This document shows, piece after piece, positions 1 through 9,510 of a stretch of 64,000 nucleotides of DNA. The notes under the pieces are model-generated. The model was not told the origin of the DNA. It did not search any database and saw only the letters and a program-made list of their open reading frames with translations. The first letter of the stretch is position 1; the number at the start of each line of letters is the position of its first letter. The position numbers and the translations under genes are program-made. Source of the stretch: an uncultured bacterium (lineage in GTDB: Bacteria > Zixibacteria > MSB-5A5 > JAABVY01 > JAHJOQ01); assembly GCA_965369655.1 (NCBI GenBank), contig CBDUQR010000001.1:192001-256000 (forward strand). Reading direction: 5' to 3'.

Positions 1-754
1 TTGTGAGCATGTCCACAGCACTTAGTCCATCGCGCTGCCCGATCTCATTCTGCCAATACCTGAATGGTGGGAACACATCAATAGTAGGATCGCCATTCTT
101 GCTGAATGCATCATCGCTGTAGTGCATCACTGAGTTGAAGTCGTATGGGCCGAACACTTCGCCCGGAAAAGTCGAACTGGGCGAGTGGATTTCGAAATTG
201 TGCATATCGACGGAATCCATGTTTGTCCAGTTTATCCATACGTAGCTGCCGCGATCCTCACGGCTCTGCTCGTGCCAGAGTCCGAGCGCATGTCCGAGTT
301 CGTGAGCGATGATGAATTCATACGACCAATTGTAGATATTAACAACCTGTTCTCCGCCGATACAACCGACGTACGAACTGTTACCTGTTGAACTTTGAAT
401 ATGAATGTAGTTGGTATGGGTGTCTAAAGGAACGAAATCTACTCCGGAGACTTCCTCCCAATTGGACATTGCCTGAAGAGCTCTTGCTTGATTCGTCGGA
501 TTTACATTTGTGTCGAATTCATAGGGGACCACGCCATTGGTCCACAACTGGTTGTACACACAACCGAGTGTCATTTGCTGTTCAAAATCGATAGGGACAA
601 TGATGTCCCCTTCGATAATCTTGAAGCCTTCAGGTATTCCGTCAATTTTCTCACCGGAACCGGGGGTTCCACCCGCAAATGCGATGCATGTCAGCAGCAA
701 AATCATTGTCGCTGCGATAGCAATCCTTCCGGTAATTGTTGTTACGAAGTTCAT
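1..754 (-). CDS. Secreted astacin-family (M12A) zinc metallopeptidase, 3' end outside the window
   Basis: Absent from the ORF track because it runs off the edge. My translation from ATG 754 (purine-rich RBS GGAGAGAGAG upstream) gives a signal peptide MNFVTTITGRIAIAATMILLLTCIAFA, pro-region IIEGDI, the astacin signature HELGHALGLWHEQSREDR and the Met-turn YDFNSVMHY. Confidence 0.93.
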   Translation of the reverse strand, partial: MNFVTTITGRIAIAATMILLLTCIAFAGGTPGSGEKIDGIPEGFKIIEGDIIVPIDFEQQMTLGCVYNQLWTNGVVPYEFDTNVNPTNQARALQAMSNWEEVSGVDFVPLDTHTNYIHIQSSTGNSSYVGCIGGEQVVNIYNWSYEFIIAHELGHALGLWHEQSREDRGSYVWINWTNMDSVDMHNFEIHSPSSTFPGEVFGPYDFNSVMHYSDDAFSKNGDPTIDVFPPFRYWQNEIGQRDGLSAVDMLT

Positions 755-944
755 TTTCTCTCTCTCCCATTCAAGTCTGTTTTGTGAATTGTCCAGGGAC
801 TGTCGCCTGGATTGTCCGTGCAGTAACACTCTACTGCAGTTTGCACTTCTTCTCCATCCTGTCTCCTTCCCTCGTAATTGATTGTGAATTTCTGTATCCG
901 GGTTTCTCATCTCTCATTCCCTCGTTATGTCGTTCACTTATCCC

Positions 945-971
945 AACGACCGGGAATTGCGTTTTCGGAGA
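945..971 (-). promoter_or_regulatory. Putative ECF-type promoter of cassette A, upstream of the astacin gene
   Basis: Minus strand TCTCCGAAAA-N13-CGTT. The same motif with the same spacing recurs at 5318-5344. Confidence 0.6.
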
Positions 972-1094
972 TAGTGACGAAGAATATTACGAGCAAAGTA
1001 CTCGGGATGGGATTATTCAGTGCGCGCAGCGGCTATGCCGCGACGAGCGTTATTTGAGAGATTCGAGTTGGAGTAGGTCGATATGGCAGGGGCG

Positions 1095-4000
1095 TTATCG
1101 CCAGTCGCCGAGAGCGATAAATGCCGCCCAACTGTATGGATGATCGGCAAGGCCGTTCTTGCGAAGATCAGCTATCCGTTCGAGTTCGATCCTTCTGATT
1201 TTCTCGGCCAGTGTCTCGGTGGTGCAGGAATATAGCTCAGCCATGATAGTAGCAGCGGACTGGTCGGGCACAGACCATAGCGCGCTCACGACGGTTCTTG
1301 CCCCTGCCATCTGAAATGCGCGCCTTAGACCGTAGACTCCTTCCCCTTCCTGGACACGTCCAAGTCCCGACTCGCATGCGGACAACACGACCATGTCGGC
1401 GCCGTACAGGTTCATTCCCGACACCTCGTAGGCCGTAAGAACTCCATCGTCGATCCCGGCGCTGTCTGCGCCGTCGCCGTAATGATTTGCCCCGGCAAAA
1501 AACAAACCTGACTGCAGCAACGGGTTCTCTCCGGCGTACGGTTCCGATCCTTCATTCGCATCGGCATCAGCTTCTGATTCACATTGACCCGCAACATAGT
1601 AGCCGTGCGTTGCCAGATGGATACACCTCATGCCGGAAGCACGAGTTTTCAGTACGTCTTCACTCGCTTCCGCCCCGAGAAAAACGGTGACTGGTTCGAG
1701 AGAATTAGCTTGCCAATTGACTGCGATCTGTTCGACCTCGCGTCTCGTTCCCGGCAGTCTGACTAATTTGATATCACTGAAATACTCACATCCTGAGCGC
1801 AGATTTCTTGCCGCGTAGACATCGCTTTCTGCCGAGACATACGCAGGACTGTCGAGCAAATGTTGTCGCGCATAGACATCTGCGTCGTAGTCTGGATCAC
1901 CGATGGCGAGCAGGCCTGAGCCTTTGATGGCGTCATCTTTTAATCGAATAAGTTCGCGTCCTGTCGCAAGATAATGGATCGAGAATCTCTCGATGAGATA
2001 GTCTCCGCTATCATGGATCAATCCGGAAAACGATATGAGATTCAGCCCGCCGTCTGGAGAAATAAACACCATCCGCCTGTCCGAAGTGTAATCCTCGACA
2101 GGATGCACGAGATGGTGATACAGTTCGCGGGCGATGATTGCATAAGATTCTCTGTCCGGCTGCAGAGGCATGTGCCGCAGCTTCGAGAGTCGGAGCATAT
2201 GCTGACGATATTCGGATATCAACGTATCGATACTCGAAGCCCTGCCGAGATTCAGGGCGACAGGGTCTCTCTCCGAATCGATGACGATTGCCATGTAGTG
2301 TGTGACGCTGGTATCCGACTCTGGCAACCTGTAGTTGTACTTCACATATTCTATGAGCGCTGATCCATCGGGCAGGAGCGATCCGATCCGATCGGCACTG
2401 ATCTCTGTTTGCTGTTCTCTGAACAAGGCACTTCTGCTCAGCAGCTGAGCTTCGAGATCGTCCGCAATCCTGTTCAATGAGTCCATCTGCAATCGCAACG
2501 CCTCTGACTCATAGCTTGCCGCCTGCACGTACAGTTCAGAGATATCAGCTTTGACAGACCTGATCTGCTGCGTGAGTGCTCTGGAAGTCGAATCAGTTGT
2601 CAGCGCTGCAATCTTACGACTTTCAAACATACCGTCAAAGACCTGTCCCTTGCACGCCAGGACAATATCGGCAGCCGCTTTCGCACTGTTCGGGTTATCC
2701 AATCCGGCATCCATGAAACATGACAGGTAGTTGTCGACAGAGTTTCTCAGGTATCCCGCATATGTCAGAGCGTCTCTCTCGGATAGCGTGATCGAATTCT
2801 CAATGAAATTGCTGCGCCTGATCACGCAGGCCCGCATCGCAGCATCAAGGGCATCGGCGTACATGTCCTCCAGTCGAAGCAATGTAGATTTCGTTTCGAG
2901 CGCTCTTGCCACGAGATGATGTTCCGATCCATACATCGCCTCCCAGATACCCTGGGCGAGATTCAACAGCGAGTCAGCCTCATCGTATCTGCACTGATAA
3001 ATCTTGAGCCTTGCCAGATTGTGCAGACAGGACGCAGGAGCGGGATGTTCGGGTCCGAGTATCTCCTGCCATATCTTTAACACCTGATTGTACAGCGACT
3101 CAGCTTCATCAAACCGGGACTCTCTGCTCTGGAGCGACGCGAGGATGAACAATGTCCTGGCGACATCGGGGTGAGTCTCTCCCAGAGCCTCTCTCCTGAT
3201 CGCAAGCGCATGCCTGAAAAGACTGTCCGCTTCGGATCGCTTACCGACTCGCATGCAGACGATTGCGAGGTTGTGCACCGCTGTGCCGACACTCGGATGC
3301 TTCCGGCCAAGTCTGTTTTCTAGGTGCCGGAGCGCCAGCCTGCTGAGTGGCTCAGCCTCGTCGAGTTTGCCGAGCTTCAGATAGAGGCTCGCGAGATTAT
3401 GCCGGACAGTCGCGGTAGATGGATGTTCGGAACCGTAGACTCTCTCGATAACCGGTAGCGCGCGCCTGTACAACGGCTCAGCCTTAGAGTACATGCCGAG
3501 GAACACGTAGATGTCCGCGAGATTGCTGGCGTTCTTCGCCGTTTCGGGGTTGTCTGCGCCCAGAAGTTTCTCCTTGATGGCCAGAGATCGTAAGGAGAGA
3601 TCCTCCGCTTCAAAATACCTGCCGCGATCCATCGTCACGGTCGCCAGATTGTTGAGCAGTTGCGCAACCCTGATATGATCAGTGCCAAAGGCTTTCTCGT
3701 TAATGGTCAGCGAGCGTCTGTAGAGATCTTCCGCCTCACGGTAGTCGCCTAAGTAGTAGCACAAGCCAGCCCTGTTCGTGAGGATCATTGCTACATCAGG
3801 GTGATCCGGTCCGAGCACATTCTGCCTGATTTCAAGCGCTCGTTTCAGGAGCGAATCACTCTCGGCGAATTTGCCCTGTTTCAGCATGGTGATTGCGAGG
3901 TTGTTCAGAATACCGGCTATGTCGTTGTGATCTGCACCGAGACGATCTCTCCTGATCGACAGGGCGCGACGCCAGAGCGATTCGGCTTTGACATACTCCG

Positions 4001-4247
4001 CCCGCTCCTCGCAACACTTAGCCAGAACATCGAGAACCCTCGCCACCAAAGTGTCGGAGCTTCCATACTCCGCCTCGGCTCTCTCCAGCAAGTTACCTGC
4101 AAGAGCATACGCTGAATCAAGATCCATCACCTTCTGCAGAGAATCAGCAACATGGATAAGAGCGCTGAGCGTCTGCGCGTGGCTGGTTCCATGCGCTGCG
4201 AACAGAATTAGAATACCCATACAGACTATTCGCGCGATCTGTTTCAT
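1095..4247 (-). CDS. Exported TPR-CHAT (caspase-like, clan CD) protease
   Basis: ATG 4247 follows AGGAG. Signal peptide MKQIARIVCMGILILFAAHGTSHA-Q, then about 10 42-aa TPR repeats (e.g. ALEIRQNVLGPDHPDVA). CHAT domain has catalytic HLATHG and LSACESG, plus GLRRAFQMAGA and HPYSWAAF. Confidence 0.92.
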   Translation of the reverse strand: MKQIARIVCMGILILFAAHGTSHAQTLSALIHVADSLQKVMDLDSAYALAGNLLERAEAEYGSSDTLVARVLDVLAKCCEERAEYVKAESLWRRALSIRRDRLGADHNDIAGILNNLAITMLKQGKFAESDSLLKRALEIRQNVLGPDHPDVAMILTNRAGLCYYLGDYREAEDLYRRSLTINEKAFGTDHIRVAQLLNNLATVTMDRGRYFEAEDLSLRSLAIKEKLLGADNPETAKNASNLADIYVFLGMYSKAEPLYRRALPVIERVYGSEHPSTATVRHNLASLYLKLGKLDEAEPLSRLALRHLENRLGRKHPSVGTAVHNLAIVCMRVGKRSEADSLFRHALAIRREALGETHPDVARTLFILASLQSRESRFDEAESLYNQVLKIWQEILGPEHPAPASCLHNLARLKIYQCRYDEADSLLNLAQGIWEAMYGSEHHLVARALETKSTLLRLEDMYADALDAAMRACVIRRSNFIENSITLSERDALTYAGYLRNSVDNYLSCFMDAGLDNPNSAKAAADIVLACKGQVFDGMFESRKIAALTTDSTSRALTQQIRSVKADISELYVQAASYESEALRLQMDSLNRIADDLEAQLLSRSALFREQQTEISADRIGSLLPDGSALIEYVKYNYRLPESDTSVTHYMAIVIDSERDPVALNLGRASSIDTLISEYRQHMLRLSKLRHMPLQPDRESYAIIARELYHHLVHPVEDYTSDRRMVFISPDGGLNLISFSGLIHDSGDYLIERFSIHYLATGRELIRLKDDAIKGSGLLAIGDPDYDADVYARQHLLDSPAYVSAESDVYAARNLRSGCEYFSDIKLVRLPGTRREVEQIAVNWQANSLEPVTVFLGAEASEDVLKTRASGMRCIHLATHGYYVAGQCESEADADANEGSEPYAGENPLLQSGLFFAGANHYGDGADSAGIDDGVLTAYEVSGMNLYGADMVVLSACESGLGRVQEGEGVYGLRRAFQMAGARTVVSALWSVPDQSAATIMAELYSCTTETLAEKIRRIELERIADLRKNGLADHPYSWAAFIALGDWR

Positions 4248-4294
4248 TGATCTCCTCTCCACGACCCGATGCTCCCACCCGAGAATAATGCAGC

Positions 4295-5239
4295 TTAGAA
4301 CGCTACTGCTGCGACTGCCGAAGCGGCGTACTCAGCACCGATTCTGTACGTAAAGACGATGCACGCCTGGCTGTCGGATTCGGGGTCCAGGACGACAGCG
4401 ACCGAGTCATATTCCATGTCGAGCATCTGCAGGCGTTTCGACGGAAGCGACAGAATCCAGCCTTTGATCTCTCGAGTTGTATCGACAAGGCTTGCCTTGT
4501 GTATCGCAAATGGACTACCGGATTCGTCGACCAGCCTTATCATAACCGACTTGAATCTTCCCTGCGGCGTTTCCGGCTCATCTGACGTGTCGATAGTATA
4601 CTCGCCATCAAGCAACATAATGACTTCCGAGAATGCTGCTTCTGCGGCGAGCAGATGATCGTCGAAAAGAACCTGCACGTCTTTTTCCTCGTCGGGACTT
4701 CGTGTCAGATTCGAGACAAACAGCCCGGCATCCATCTCGGCTACGGTCTCAAGCTTTGCGACCCGCAGGCCATCGATCGTATCCGGTCCGATACGGATAA
4801 ACTGTATGCTGACAAACGCAAGGATAACCACAGCCGCCGCGCCGAATAATGCGACGCGGGGAGCGGCGACAGGTATTAAGAAGCTGTGGATTCGCGACCA
4901 CATAGATATTCTCTCTTTTTGATCCACAGAAGGCTCAGAGAGAACATCCCGGAGCGCAGGAGCTTCCGACACGGGACAATTTACGAAAGCCTGCATAGTC
5001 TCCGGGTCGGTGAGTGACGCCAGATCCTCAGCCATATGAAGAATCTCTCGCCTGAATTCGGCGGACCGGATCAGAGCTTCTTTGACCTCGTCCTTTTGCG
5101 CACCCGTGGCGACACCGAGCAGCCAGGCTTCAATCGAAGCGTCCGATGGCCTCGTGAAATCATCCCGGCTCCGGCTCGCCCTGATCAACCGGCCGAGCTT
5201 CCTGTCTTCACCGGAGCTGTTTTGCTGATTCTCCGACAT
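4295..5239 (-). CDS. Putative single-pass membrane anti-sigma factor
   Basis: Directly downstream of the ECF sigma. The N-terminal PSDASIEAWLLG...EVKEALIRSAEFRREI follows the zf-HC2/ASD pattern but has no His/Cys ligands. TM helix at about aa 129-148, followed by a ~165-aa C-terminal domain. Confidence 0.65.
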   Translation of the reverse strand: MSENQQNSSGEDRKLGRLIRASRSRDDFTRPSDASIEAWLLGVATGAQKDEVKEALIRSAEFRREILHMAEDLASLTDPETMQAFVNCPVSEAPALRDVLSEPSVDQKERISMWSRIHSFLIPVAAPRVALFGAAAVVILAFVSIQFIRIGPDTIDGLRVAKLETVAEMDAGLFVSNLTRSPDEEKDVQVLFDDHLLAAEAAFSEVIMLLDGEYTIDTSDEPETPQGRFKSVMIRLVDESGSPFAIHKASLVDTTREIKGWILSLPSKRLQMLDMEYDSVAVVLDPESDSQACIVFTYRIGAEYAASAVAAVAF

Positions 5240-5317
5240 CGATATATCCGCCTCTCATATCCATTCTCAAATCGGTCATGCCGCCGTGGCAGCCTTTATC
5301 TCATCTCTACTCAACAT

Positions 5318-5344
5318 AACGGTTGGTCGAGCGTTTTTCGGAAA
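5318..5344 (-). promoter_or_regulatory. Putative ECF-type promoter of cassette A, between sigma and anti-sigma
   Basis: Minus strand TTTCCGAAAA-N13-CGTT, matching 945-971. Confidence 0.6.
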
Positions 5345-5380
5345 TCAGATGACAAAAAACTCGGCATCGCAGGCGATATC

Positions 5381-6004
5381 TCACGATTGCAGTATAGATA
5401 CAAGGTCAATTCCTTCCCCTGCAACGATTTTCTTCAGTTGTTTCCGGCACTGTCTCAGATCATCTGACACCTTCTTATTACTCTCCTCTGGCCATCCGAG
5501 AACCAGTGCCATTTCTCTCGGCGTATATTCATCGGCCGCGAGTTGGAGCAATAGCTGACAATGCTTCCTGAGTCTGGAGACACATTCCTTCACACATTCA
5601 ATAACGCGCTTTAGATTCGTCCTGTCGAGCGGGTCAATGTCGGAATCTGACGCGATCCAGTCGAGATCAGGGCTGTTCATATCTGACTCATATTGCACAG
5701 TCATGCTTTCCCGTTTCTTCGCTCGAAGATAGTCCAGGCATTTGCGATGGGCGAGTATGTAGAGCCATGCGGCAAACGGCTTGCCGCAATCGGAGTATTG
5801 CCGCAGGACTCTGAAATTGTCCCGCGCACAGTGCAGGATTATATCCTGGGTCAGATCCTGCGATTCTGCTCTCGACAGTCGCCGCATGCTGCCGGGGGGC
5901 TTCACCTTCAGCAATCGGCATGTAAACGAGTAGAATTGTCTGAAAGCCTCGTCCGGGCTGCTATACAGTATATCCAGGAACGATGGCCAGGATTGGTTCA
6001 GCAT
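5381..6004 (-). CDS. ECF-type RNA polymerase sigma factor
   Basis: 207 aa. Region 2 SQDLTQDIILH...FAAWLYILAHRKCLDYLR; region 4 CVSRLRKHCQLLLQLAADEYTPREMALVLG...VSDDLRQCRKQL. Confidence 0.9.
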   Translation of the reverse strand: MLNQSWPSFLDILYSSPDEAFRQFYSFTCRLLKVKPPGSMRRLSRAESQDLTQDIILHCARDNFRVLRQYSDCGKPFAAWLYILAHRKCLDYLRAKKRESMTVQYESDMNSPDLDWIASDSDIDPLDRTNLKRVIECVKECVSRLRKHCQLLLQLAADEYTPREMALVLGWPEESNKKVSDDLRQCRKQLKKIVAGEGIDLVSILQS

Positions 6005-6057
6005 CTCATCGCCAAATTAGTTCTGCGTATTTCCTGACTAATCAGTGGTCGGACTAA

Positions 6058-6086
6058 AGAATATCTCCTGAATCTCCTTATGTCAA
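6058..6086 (-). promoter_or_regulatory. Sigma70-type promoter for the ECF sigma gene
   Basis: Minus strand TTGACA-N17-TATTCT, about 54 nt before the start codon. Confidence 0.6.
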
Positions 6087-6100
6087 CTGATTTGGAGTGT

Positions 6101-6199
6101 AGTCTTGAGTAGTGACCCGTCCCTCAGGATCGGGATCAGCGACCGATAGCGAAGCGGAGTGGTCCTGCCATCTTCTGTTCATGGCAGAACCACTTCCGT
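6101..6199. repeat. GTAG-type REP-like palindromic element, copy A
   Basis: Contains the core AGCGAAGCGGAGTGGTCCTGCCATCTT and the inverted half ATGGCAGAACCAC, shared with copies at 18848, 34869, 58295 and 61815. Confidence 0.75.
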
Positions 6200-6213
6200 T
6201 TTTTTCCTGCTAA

Positions 6214-8001
6214 CTAATAGATGAAACAGTCCGGTGGTTCCGGGCCACCTCCGAAGATGTAATTGATCAGGAATACAACGTCATCAATGTCGACACTGCC
6301 GCTGCAATTAGCATCACCATTTAGGAGGCGAGGCTGAGGTTCGGGACCTCCGCCGAACACGTAGTTGATGATATAAGTGACGTCATCCACGTCCATCAAA
6401 CCGTTGTTGTCTGCATCGCCGCGAGTCACTGCCAGCAACGCCCGATCAGCATTCACACGCCCCCAGCCTACGTAGTTGTTGACGCGGAGCGTATCGGTTC
6501 CACCATATTGCTCGCGATCTGCTGACAGCCGAATGATCCGCCTGACCCTGTCCGGGTCGCCGATCAGGTCCGGCCTCCTCAGCATCAACAGTATGCATAT
6601 TCCCGACACCTGCGGGCAGGCCGCCGAGGTACCACCGAAGTTGCAGAGGTAGTCTGCGTCCTGCGTCAGGCAGTCCATAGAACCATCGTTTTTCCCCAAC
6701 ACTCCCATCTGGTCAAGGCTCCAGAAATGACCGTTCCAGTTGACATTTGCACCGGGAGCGACGACATCGAGCAGGGGACCATACTGGCTGTAGTACCATC
6801 TCTGGTCAGTGCTGTCCGTCGCACCGACCGAAATCGTGTGAGCATGACAAGCCGGATAGCCGATGGTTGAGTAGCCTGCATTACCTGAGGCAAATACCGT
6901 TACGACTCCAAGATCGTGGGCGCGATTGAGAGCAGAGTCGATTGCTGTGGAAGGCGTTTGAGCTGCTCTCCCCCAACTGTTGGATATTGCCACAGCACCG
7001 GAATCGATAGCGTTGCTCAGAGCTCGACCAATGTCTGACTCGCTTGCAACTGCCCAATGGTGGAATATCTTCTGGTTCAGAACTCGGACGTTGAATCCAG
7101 TTATGCTTGCCAGACCTGTACCATTATTCGTGTTGGCGCAGATTATCCCGGCGGTCGCCATGCCGTGAGCATCAGTTTCCCACGGGGATTCATCGTCCTC
7201 ATCGCTCACGTAGTTCCAGCCATCCGCGAGTCGTCCGGCTGGTAAATCAGCATGTGGGGCAAACCCGTCATCGACTACCGCAACAAGTATCGGTGTTGTC
7301 GGCATGTAGTAATCTCTGGCAAGGTCGAGATCAATGTCGGCATCAGGAGTACCTCCCGTCTGACCGGTATTCTTGAAATGCCACTGGTACTCCCAGTACT
7401 CGTCGTTCGGATCTGAGAAGCGTTCAAACGGTAATATGAAACTCGCGCGTGCAAGCTTAGCGACGCCAAGCTCATAAATGTCGTTTCCGATCGTCAGCAC
7501 ATCCGCAGGAGAGTCCTCTGTTACCTCCAGCGCCTGAAACCGGAAATCACCAAACAGAGTGTCGACAAGAACAAGGTTGTACATGTCGATTATGTTGTAA
7601 ATCGCAGTTCGCGACGTCTCTGCTCTGAATATGACAACCAGACTTCTTGTCAGGTAGATTTCCTGCTCAGTCTCATCGATGAAAGCCGCGTTGGCATAGA
7701 GAATGTCATCTCGGTCCCTTAGCCTGTTGAGCAGGCTGTCGATGTCGTAGCCTTCGTTGACAGTGAGAACGTGAAAGTGACTGGCAATCGGCTCGGGATC
7801 GGCTGTCTCATCCAATGCCTGGTCCGATTCCGTGATGTTCTGCCATGTTGTAAACTGAGCAGGGTCGACCTGCACGGTAACGGCAGTTTCAGAAACATCG
7901 AAGTCAACCCGACCGTCGGGTTCATACCAGAAATAATCCGCTCCATGCGCTGTCATAAAACTGGCAGCTATGAGCGCCAAAATAAGTATTAGCTTTTTCA
8001 T
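6214..8001 (-). CDS. Secreted S8 (subtilisin-like) serine peptidase with C-terminal dockerin
   Basis: Signal peptide. Catalytic motifs VAVVDDG, HGMATAG, GTSAACP and oxyanion ASGN. Duplicated dockerin repeats GDADNNGLMDVDDV and GDANCSGSVDIDDV. Confidence 0.93.
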   Translation of the reverse strand: MKKLILILALIAASFMTAHGADYFWYEPDGRVDFDVSETAVTVQVDPAQFTTWQNITESDQALDETADPEPIASHFHVLTVNEGYDIDSLLNRLRDRDDILYANAAFIDETEQEIYLTRSLVVIFRAETSRTAIYNIIDMYNLVLVDTLFGDFRFQALEVTEDSPADVLTIGNDIYELGVAKLARASFILPFERFSDPNDEYWEYQWHFKNTGQTGGTPDADIDLDLARDYYMPTTPILVAVVDDGFAPHADLPAGRLADGWNYVSDEDDESPWETDAHGMATAGIICANTNNGTGLASITGFNVRVLNQKIFHHWAVASESDIGRALSNAIDSGAVAISNSWGRAAQTPSTAIDSALNRAHDLGVVTVFASGNAGYSTIGYPACHAHTISVGATDSTDQRWYYSQYGPLLDVVAPGANVNWNGHFWSLDQMGVLGKNDGSMDCLTQDADYLCNFGGTSAACPQVSGICILLMLRRPDLIGDPDRVRRIIRLSADREQYGGTDTLRVNNYVGWGRVNADRALLAVTRGDADNNGLMDVDDVTYIINYVFGGGPEPQPRLLNGDANCSGSVDIDDVVFLINYIFGGGPEPPDCFIY

Positions 8002-8004
8002 TTT

Positions 8005-9156
8005 CTATTTCTCCTTTTCCCAGTCAATTGGGATTAGTGCCATTGCTCGGGTATTCCCGAAGTCATTGTGTTTGAAATCGCGAACGATCTGCTTTGTCGC
8101 CATGTCTATCACATGTACCGGCCATGTCCCGAATCCCCAACCATTCAAAACAGCCATCTGTTTGCCGTTGGGTGTAAAGGCAAGGTATCGCGGCATAAAC
8201 CAGGGTGCTCCAAGGTTGTAGTAATCTGCATTAACGAAAGATTCGAAGATACCGGTTGTCAGGTCGTAAACGTCAATTCCACCCATCTCAGGGTTATCAA
8301 ACCCACCGTTCCACGGCATGAACAGGCGTTTCCCGTCCGGATGCCAGATGTACTGTCCGTACGATTGCCATGGGGCTAACCTCAACTCAAACTCGACGCT
8401 GTAATCAGTCGTATTGAGAATCTGGAAGAAAAGCACGCCCGGTCCCTTAATTCCCAGCACGACCAGCGAATCCCCGGAGGGGACAAATGACATGACACCG
8501 GGGACAAGCGGGTCGCCTGCCAGGTTTGTAAGTGGGATTGCAGATATCAGTTCAAGGCTGTCAGATTCGAAGGAGTACACGTACAGACTGTCCTTATGTG
8601 ATTTGGCAACTACCACAACTTTCTTACGTGGATGAAAGGTCATGTTTTCGGAGTGGAATGAGCCATCATTTTCCTCGAAAACCGGGGTCAGTTCCGGAAC
8701 CTTGTAGATAGCTGTGCGGGTTGTTAGGGAAGTGGCAATATACTGACCATCCGCAGAAATCGCCATTTGGATACCGCCATGCTCAGGATCGAATGCGAGT
8801 GTGTCTCCAGTACGGGTATCTGTCACCCATGTTGAGGGCTGTGAGTGCTCACAATTTATTACTGATCTCCGGGTGTAGTATGAGTACTTCCCGTCAGGTG
8901 AAAAAGTCACAGCGTCGAACGGATAGCAGGAGTAGCAAGTCGAATCAATCAGCAGCCCGCTCTTAAGGCTGTAAGTCGTGACAACATAGTCGACCGGCTC
9001 GTAGTTCGGCCGGACATAACTGTACAACAGGTGATAATCCGGCTCGCTCGGACACTCCGGACAAACCGGGCAGTCGTCATCGCCGCAGGAAAGCAGCAGG
9101 GCAAATGCCGATGCCGCGACGAGCATAATAACGATTAGATTAGTTTTGTAGTTCAT
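8005..9156 (-). CDS. Lipoprotein with a YncE/WD40-like beta-propeller
   Basis: Lipobox LLLSC followed by CPVCPEC. Propeller blade motifs FSPDGK, ISADGQ, WHPDGK, FTPNGK. Lies 3 nt upstream of the S8 gene, so probably co-transcribed. Confidence 0.8.
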   Translation of the reverse strand: MNYKTNLIVIMLVAASAFALLLSCGDDDCPVCPECPSEPDYHLLYSYVRPNYEPVDYVVTTYSLKSGLLIDSTCYSCYPFDAVTFSPDGKYSYYTRRSVINCEHSQPSTWVTDTRTGDTLAFDPEHGGIQMAISADGQYIATSLTTRTAIYKVPELTPVFEENDGSFHSENMTFHPRKKVVVVAKSHKDSLYVYSFESDSLELISAIPLTNLAGDPLVPGVMSFVPSGDSLVVLGIKGPGVLFFQILNTTDYSVEFELRLAPWQSYGQYIWHPDGKRLFMPWNGGFDNPEMGGIDVYDLTTGIFESFVNADYYNLGAPWFMPRYLAFTPNGKQMAVLNGWGFGTWPVHVIDMATKQIVRDFKHNDFGNTRAMALIPIDWEKEK

Positions 9157-9177
9157 GTTCCTCCTTTTGTGGCGAAC

Positions 9178-9220
9178 GTGTCAGGTCACACTCGCGCTCC
9201 GCGCGATCAAGACCCGACAC
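9178..9220. repeat. Second-family REP-like palindrome
   Basis: Near-perfect inverted ends GTGTCAGGTC...GACCCGACAC around an inner CGCGC-rich hairpin, in the leader of the lipoprotein gene. Confidence 0.5.
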
Positions 9221-9381
9221 AACGCAAAATGCTGTCGAATGATAATACAGATGCGCGGACACGCGCAATAGATTATGCATAAGCCACCTCCGTTCCCGAG
9301 CCGATAGTATCCACCGACTCAATCTCACCACCGGTGCAATTCGACATTCCCTTTCATCATTGGCGACACTGGTACAGTTGT

Positions 9382-9465
9382 ATGGTAACGCACACAGGAG
9401 CGTTTTGTCAATGGTGATTTGAGCATTGGGAGTCTTCTTGACAATCGACCAGTCAATCATACCTT
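9382..9465. promoter_or_regulatory. Back-to-back sigma70-like promoters
   Basis: Minus strand TTGACA-N18-TACCAT (9411-9382) points to the lipoprotein/S8 operon. Plus strand TTGACA-N16-TACCTT (9438-9465) points to the sigma-like gene. Confidence 0.45.
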
Positions 9466-9510
9466 TATGTAGTGCCCTTAAGAATGTGCAACGACGCGCG
9501 CCGACAGGAT

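Noticed and set aside
185-1143. Short plus-strand ORFs in the track
   Set aside because: They are shadows of the minus-strand astacin gene and its promoter region.
9195-9240. Third copy of the cassette B promoter motif before the lipoprotein/S8 operon (CGACAG-N12-TGTC)
   Set aside because: The spacing is off by one, the CTATTA part is missing, and it overlaps a REP-like element.
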